From the NCBI GenBank assembly GCA_963836365.1, contig CAWIJC010000006.1:92449-156448 (forward strand): a DNA stretch of 64,000 nt, in the 5' to 3' direction. The notes under the pieces were generated by a model, which saw nothing but the letters and a program-made list of their open reading frames with translations, ran no database searches and had not been told where the DNA came from. The stretch comes from an uncultured Actinomycetes bacterium. GTDB lineage: Bacteria > Actinomycetota > Acidimicrobiia > IMCC26256 > PALSA-610. Positions within the stretch are counted from its first letter, which is position 1. Every line of letters begins with the position of its first letter. Made by a program: the position numbers and the translations under genes. This document shows positions 59,311 to 64,000 of the stretch, piece after piece.

Positions 59311-60261
59311 CGCGCGAATAGGTGCCATCCACCGGTCGTCGGGTTGTCCCGCGTTTGATTGCGGGTGCAGCCAACAACGACGACCGAGTGGAGGCACTTG
59401 TCATCATGCGCGCGCTGGATCCCGAGGTGGTAGATGCCGTGTGGGCAGCCGTGGAGCCGCTGCTTCCAACCCGACCGGCCGATGGGCACCCGTTGGGTTG
59501 TCACCGTCGACGAGTCCCAGACCGGGTGTGCTTTGAAGGGATCCTGGTCCGGCTCGTGACCGGCTGCGCGTGGGTCGATGTCGAACGGCTACTCGCCAAC
59601 CGAATCTCGGACACGACGTTGCGGGAACGTCGCGACGAGTGGATCGCAGCGGGTGTGTTCGATCGGCTTGCCGCGGAAGCGGTCGCCGCTTATGACCGCG
59701 TCATCGGGCTCGACTTCGAGGACTGCACCGTTGACGGCAGCCAGCACAAGGCACCGACGGGCGGCGAGGAACCGGCCCGTCACCGGTCGATCGCGGCAAA
59801 CGCGGCTGGAAATGGTCGCTGTTCGCGGACAGGAACGGCATCCCCATCGCGTGGATCGCCGATGCCGCGAACCGCAACGACTGCGTGATGCTCGAACCCA
59901 CCCTCACCGCCGCCGCGGCGCGTGGTGTGCTCATCGAGTGCGAGACGTTGCACCTCGATCGCGGCTACGACAACCCGATCGTGCATCGTGTCGTCGCCGG
60001 CCTCGGAATCGATCTGGTGTGCTCCAAGGTCCGCAAACGAGCGAAGACGCGACAGGCGAAGAAGATCGTGCCGCTCGGGCTGCGGTGGCCGATCGAACGC
60101 ACCAACAGCTGGCTCTCGAACTTCGGTCAGCTCCGCCGCAACACCGACCGCAGCGTGCCGCACCGCATCGCCCAACTGAGCCTCGCCATCACGCTGCTCC
60201 TCACCGCCAAACTCATCGACTGGCGCGACCGCTGGAGCCCGACATGACGCCTATCCACGCG
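59311..60261 (+). mobile_element. IS5-family (IS427-group-like) insertion sequence; boundaries approximate
   Basis: It has imperfect terminal inverted repeats, CGCGCGAATAGGTGCCAT (59311-59328) against the reverse complement of 60244-60261 (CGCGTGGATAGGCGTCAT), matching 14 of 18. It has two overlapping transposase ORFs. No target duplication is recognisable. Confidence 0.6.
59406..60247 (+). pseudogene. IS5-family DDE transposase in two frames (orfA 59406..about 59770, orfB to 60247); -1 shift near 59770
   Basis: orfA reads LDPEVVDAVWAAVEPLLP...GCAWVDVERL...DGSQHKAPTGGE. The -1 frame continues GTGPSPVDRGKRGWKWSLFADRNGIPIAWIADAANRNDCVMLEP...LHLDRGYDN...ERTNSWLSNFGQLRRNTDR. No slippery heptamer is visible at the junction. 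Confidence 0.7.
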
Positions 60262-60264
60262 AGT

Positions 60265-61926
60265 CCTAAGCCTCGATCCACCGATGAGTTGATGGTCTGA
60301 GCGGCGCGTATCCGCGAAAGATGCCTCCCGATCAGGGACGATGACGGTGCTGAAGCCACATCGTTCCTGGAGCTCGGGAGGCACTTCCGGTGAGTGGAGT
60401 ATCGCGCGCGATTGACCGTCTGGATGTGACCTTCGATGACGAGTCGTTGGTCGCGAACGCGGGCCTGGTGGTGCCGGCCACGTTGATGGTCGGGCTCGGC
60501 CTCGAGCGGCTGGTGAACGCGACGGTGCGTCTCGGTGGCCGGGTGGGCGGGGCGCGTCCGGGCCGCAAGGTCCTCACGTTGGTGGCGACGATCATGGCGG
60601 GTGGGTCCCATATCGACCATGCGGACATGCTGCGCGCGGGTGCGACGCAGCGTGTGTTGCCGTTCCGGGTGATGGCTCCCTCGACGTTGGGGACGTTCCT
60701 GCGCGCGTTCACGTTCGGGCATGTCCGTCAACTCGACCGGGTCATCGCCGAGACGCTGCGACACGCGTGGTCGCTGGGCGCCGGGCCCGGCGATCGTCGT
60801 CTCGTCATCGACGTCGACTCGACGATCTGCGAGGTGGTCGGTAAACAGAAGCACGGCGCCGGTTACGGGTATACGAAACGGTTCGGCTACCACCCGATCG
60901 TCGCGACACACGCCGAGACCGGTGAGGTCCTGCACGCACGGATGCGTAAAGGCCAAGCGAACACCCAGCGCGGCACGAAACGGTTCATCGAAGAACTCGT
61001 CGCTCGGGTGCGTCGCGCCGGCGCCCTCGGCGAGATCGTGTGCCGGTTCGACTCGGGGTTCTGGTCGGGTGACACGATCGCCATGCTCGGGCGCCTCGAC
61101 GTGCGTTACACGATGGCGGTGCGCACGAACACCCAAGGAATCGCTGGCACGATCGCGACCATCGACGAGAACGCGTGGGTCGATATCGACTACACACCCG
61201 ACGGCGAAGCCCAAGTCGCCGAGTGCGTCTATGGCAGCGGACGCGGCCGCCACCGCGTCGAGCGGCGGCTCATCGTGCGCCGAACCCGCCTCACCGACAC
61301 CACCCAAGCCGCGGCTGTGGCCCGACTGGCGTCACTTCGCGTTCTTGACCGACCTCGACGGCGACGCCGTCACCGTCGACGCGTTCCATCGCCAGCACGC
61401 AGTCGTTGAACTCGCGATCCGTGACCTCAAAGAAGGCGCCGGGCTCGAACACGTCCCCTCCGGACAGTTCTTCGCCAACGCAGCATGGCTCGCCTCCGCG
61501 GTGCTCGCCCACAACCTCATCCGTTGGAGCGCTGACCTCGGCGGCATCACCAACGACGGAGAACTCACCGTCGCGCGCACCATCCGCACGAAACTCCTCG
61601 CACTACCGGGCCGCGTCGTCAACCGCAGCGGACGACACACGCTCCGTCTGCCCGCACGTTGGCCGTGGACCGAGACGTTCCTCACCGCGCTCGAACACCT
61701 CCGCGCCATCCCCCAACTCGCCTGACGAGCCCACACCCTCGACATAAATTCCGCGCCGCTCTCGGGGCGGAGCCATGCCCGACGCGAGACGAATCGCGAC
61801 CTTCAGCGCACCCACCCCCGGCTCACGACCCGAGAACACCCGCAGCACCGACGAGAAACCACACCCACGATCACTGCGACCACGAACACACAGTCACAGC
61901 AGCGAATCGGTGGATCGAGGCTTAGG
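60265..61926 (+). mobile_element. IS1380-family insertion sequence (1662 bp) with perfect 21-bp terminal inverted repeats
   Basis: CCTAAGCCTCGATCCACCGAT at 60265-60285 is the exact reverse complement of 61906-61926. The flanks (GAGT / TAGC) show no target duplication. It lies 3 bp from the IS5-like element. Confidence 0.8.
60390..61725 (+). pseudogene. IS1380-family transposase, one frameshift near 61290-61305
   Basis: ORF 60390..61409 reads FDDESLVANAGLVVPATLMVGLGLERLV, VIDVDSTICEVVGKQKHGAGYGYTKRFGYHP and RFDSGFW. It continues in ORF 60721..61725 (LWPDWRHFAFLTDLDGDAVTVDAFHRQHAVVELAIRDLKEGAGLEHVPSGQFFANAAW). Confidence 0.8.
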
Positions 61927-62063
61927 TAGCCGTTGCGGTCGCAAGTACAAGGCGTGACTGTCGAAGCAACACGATCTCCGAGGCCAGGGTGGGGTCGAGA
62001 TTCGTCTAGCATTATCTAGTTAGGTATAGTGGTCGAGATTAGAAGCTCCTATACTTCCTTAGG

Positions 62064-63248
62064 TTGAATATGGACCCGGTTCGCAACCCCTATTCCCCTG
62101 GCGCAGGGATTCGACCGGCCGAACTTGCCGGTCGGGACAGAGAGATCGAAGCATTCGGCGTCCTCCGCGTGCGAGCGCGTCAGAGGCGCAACTCACGGAG
62201 CATCGTCTTGACCGGGCTGCGCGGGGTTGGAAAGACAGTGCTCTTGAATGAGCTCGCCGACGGAGCGCGCAACGACGGATGGATCGTGGCAAAGGTGGAA
62301 GCCGATGTCGGAAACGCCAACCCATTTCGAAATCAGGTAGCACAAGCGCTGAACACGTCGCTGCGCCACGCGCAGGGTAAGAACCCGAAGGCTGGTCGGC
62401 TCAGGGCGGCGCTTCGCACGTTCAAATCATTCTCGCTGAAGGCCTCACCGGACGGTTCTTATTCGGTGGGAATCGAGCTCGACCCGGATCGAGGGCGCGG
62501 TGACACCGGCGCATTGCATGCCGACCTGACCGACCTCGCACTCGACCTCGGCAACGCAGCGATTGAACTCGACTGCGGCGTCGCCTTGTTCATCGATGAG
62601 ATGCAGCATCTCAAAAACGACGAGCTGGCTGCGATCTGCCAAGCGTGTCACGAGTCCGGGCAGCAGAACAAACCGTTCTATGTCATAGGCGCTGGCTTGC
62701 CGAACCTTCCGGGTGTTCTGGCTGAGGCCCGATCGTACGCCGAGCGCCTCTTTGACTACATGCGCGTTGACCGACTGACCGAAGGCGACGCAATGGGCGC
62801 GCTCACCAAGCCAGCTGAGGGAGAGGGCGTACGCTGGGCGAGGGGCGCCGCGGCAGTCGTCGTCACGGCTTCTGGCGGATACCCCTACTTCATTCAGGAG
62901 TTCGGAAAGGCGTCGTGGGACGTCGCCGCCACATCGCCAATCCGCGCTGCCGATGCGGAAGAAGGCGTGCGTATAGGCACCCTTCGGCTCGACAGCGGGT
63001 TCTTCCGATCGCGTTGGGACCGAGCGACCCCAGCGGAGCACGACTACTTGACCGCGATGGCGAAGGATGGCGACGGCCCGAGCTCGTCGGGTGAGGTCGC
63101 TCGACGCCTGAAAAAATCTCAATCCCAGCTTGGGCCGGCACGCGCGAATCTCATTGCCAAGGGGCTCGCATATGCGCCCGAGCACGGGATCATCGCGTTC
63201 ACCGTGCCGGGCATGGCCCATTTCATCCGCCGTCAGCCAAAGCCTTGA
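62064..63248 (+). CDS. AAA+ ATPase (archaeal-ATPase/ORC-like) with C-terminal winged-helix-like domain
   Basis: 394-aa uninterrupted ORF. It has an N-terminal FxGRE-type text (AELAGRDREIEAF), Walker A (LTGLRGVGKTVLLNEL), Walker B (ALFIDEMQHL) and a C-terminal wHTH-like text (YLTAMAKDGDGPSSSGEVARRLKKSQSQLGPARANLIAKGL). An A/T-rich leader (61990-62063) precedes it. Confidence 0.7.
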   Translation: MNMDPVRNPYSPGAGIRPAELAGRDREIEAFGVLRVRARQRRNSRSIVLTGLRGVGKTVLLNELADGARNDGWIVAKVEADVGNANPFRNQVAQALNTSLRHAQGKNPKAGRLRAALRTFKSFSLKASPDGSYSVGIELDPDRGRGDTGALHADLTDLALDLGNAAIELDCGVALFIDEMQHLKNDELAAICQACHESGQQNKPFYVIGAGLPNLPGVLAEARSYAERLFDYMRVDRLTEGDAMGALTKPAEGEGVRWARGAAAVVVTASGGYPYFIQEFGKASWDVAATSPIRAADAEEGVRIGTLRLDSGFFRSRWDRATPAEHDYLTAMAKDGDGPSSSGEVARRLKKSQSQLGPARANLIAKGLAYAPEHGIIAFTVPGMAHFIRRQPKP

Positions 63249-63311
63249 GCAAGGGCAAGCGCCGCGTCATCAGGTCCTTGGTCGGGGCCACTTCGGACAC
63301 ACGCTTGGGCG

Positions 63312-63386
63312 TCGGGCTGGCGAGATTCGAACTCGCGACCTCTTGACCCCCAGTCAAGCGCGCTAACCAAACTGCGCCACAGCCCG
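63312..63386 (-). tRNA. tRNA-Pro (anticodon GGG)
   Basis: The reverse complement folds as a cloverleaf: acceptor CGGGCTG/CAGCCCG, D-arm GCGC..GCGC, anticodon stem CTTGA/TCAAG with loop CTGGGGG, T-arm GCGAG-TTCGAAT-CTCGC, discriminator A. CCA is not encoded. Confidence 0.9.
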
Positions 63387-64000
63387 TGAGCGCGGCAGTG
63401 TAGCGCGGCTCACGCAGTTGCTGTGGGCGCAGGTCAGTGCCGTGCAAGACGTTGCCCGATGCCGAGCCATCGAAAGTCGAATGGGCCGCGCGTCGCGGAC
63501 GCGGTCGGTGTAGTCGGGATTCAACACGGTGGCCGAGACGAACCCGTTGTTGAAGGCTTCGATGTCGTCCGCCGGATGGGAGAGGGTCGAGGTGCAGTTC
63601 GCGACTGCGACCGCGTTCTGTGTCGCCACCGACGGAGCGAACGTGCCGCTGTCGATGCTGCCGGACTGCGCTGTGTACGCAGCAACGCGATTCGTCTGCC
63701 CGAGCGGTACCCACTCAATGCCTCGCACATGGCCCGTCTCACAGCTCGGTACGTTCAGGTTCAGTGTCTGCGCCGCCGCTCCGCGGTTTCCGTCACGCTG
63801 ACGAAATGCGCCCACGACCATCGCAACCAGACGCGCCGCGGTCGGGTAGTCGACGTTCGCGGCGATGCCGGCGCTCACGGCGATCGCGGGGATCCCGAGC
63901 CGGTTCGCGGTGCGGGCCGCGCCTACCGTGCCCGACACTTCAGTGATGTTGCCGAGATTCTGACCGAGGTTGATCCCCGACACGACGAGGTCGGGACGAT
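63363..64000 (-). CDS. surE: SurE-family 5'/3'-nucleotidase, 3' part (N-terminus beyond the window end)
   Basis: Motifs are SGINLGQNLGNITEVSGTVGAARTANRLGIPAIAVS and the C-terminal motif FNNGFVSATVLNPDYTD. The open frame then runs about 45 more codons into the tRNA gene, which is probably not a real coding extension. Confidence 0.7.
   Translation of the reverse strand, partial: RPDLVVSGINLGQNLGNITEVSGTVGAARTANRLGIPAIAVSAGIAANVDYPTAARLVAMVVGAFRQRDGNRGAAAQTLNLNVPSCETGHVRGIEWVPLGQTNRVAAYTAQSGSIDSGTFAPSVATQNAVAVANCTSTLSHPADDIEAFNNGFVSATVLNPDYTDRVRDARPIRLSMARHRATSCTALTCAHSNCVSRATLPRSRAVAQFG

Noticed and set aside
59760-59780. The -1 frame change in the IS5-like transposase, considered as programmed ribosomal frameshifting
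   Set aside because: The junction (GGC GGC GAG GAA CCG GCC) has no A/T-rich slippery heptamer and no obvious downstream hairpin. In a window full of indels, a mutation or sequence error is at least as likely.
61993-62040. GGTCGAGATT x2 and the 9-nt match CGAGATTCG to the tRNA-Pro T-arm region, considered as an att remnant
   Set aside because: The match to the tRNA is only 9 nt and the flanking bases disagree. That is too short to call an attachment site. It is kept only as a note within the island finding.
1-64000. Search for CRISPR arrays, rRNA genes and additional tRNAs
   Set aside because: No regularly spaced direct repeats, no rRNA-like conserved segments and no further cloverleaf candidates were noticed by eye. 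A computational scan (tRNAscan-SE, Infernal, a CRISPR finder) would be needed to exclude them formally.

Overview
High-G+C, actinobacterium-like chromosomal window, with frequent GTG starts, many 1-4 nt start/stop overlaps (GTGA, ATGA, TGATG), and Arg/Ala/Pro-rich shadow ORFs in every frame. Left to right: (1) signalling genes: a CHASE3-GAF-PP2C-HATPase membrane sensor, a Crp/Fnr regulator, a stand-alone cNMP-binding protein, an HD-domain membrane protein and a large LuxR (LAL-type) regulator. (2) An apparently intact IS1595-family element with a perfect 8-bp target duplication, 12 bp upstream of a badly broken lhr helicase that converges on a badly broken secreted alpha/beta-hydrolase. (3) Two cell-envelope glycan loci. 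Locus 1 (16.2-26.3 kb, all minus strand) is almost entirely frame-disrupted. Locus 2 (32.9-54.4 kb) is largely intact. Each carries its own priming phosphoglycosyl transferase, Wzz-like protein, flippase and Wzy/ligase-like protein, plus Fem/CelD-like GNAT-fold transferases, an ATP-grasp ligase, deacetylases, kinase-like proteins and a plant-type GDP-mannose 3,5-epimerase homologue. Between the loci lie an ECF-like sigma factor with a membrane protein, a GT-C-like membrane protein, a RIO-kinase-like remnant and an OmpR/histidine-kinase pair. (4) A MerR-VOC fusion, an NTF2-like lipoprotein, and a SARP-TM-alpha/beta-hydrolase one-component regulator with three 11-bp-phased CTCGAA(T/C) heptamers in its promoter region. 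(5) An IS5-like and an IS1380-like element 3 bp apart, a visibly lower-GC orphan AAA+ ATPase, tRNA-Pro(GGG) and the 3' part of surE. By manual reading, about 22 genes need roughly 55 frame corrections in total, while about 30 kb of interleaved genes are uninterrupted. Whether this reflects real pseudogenisation or locally poor consensus cannot be decided from the sequence alone. No rRNA gene and no CRISPR array were seen. All family assignments come from motif recognition by eye, not from database searches.
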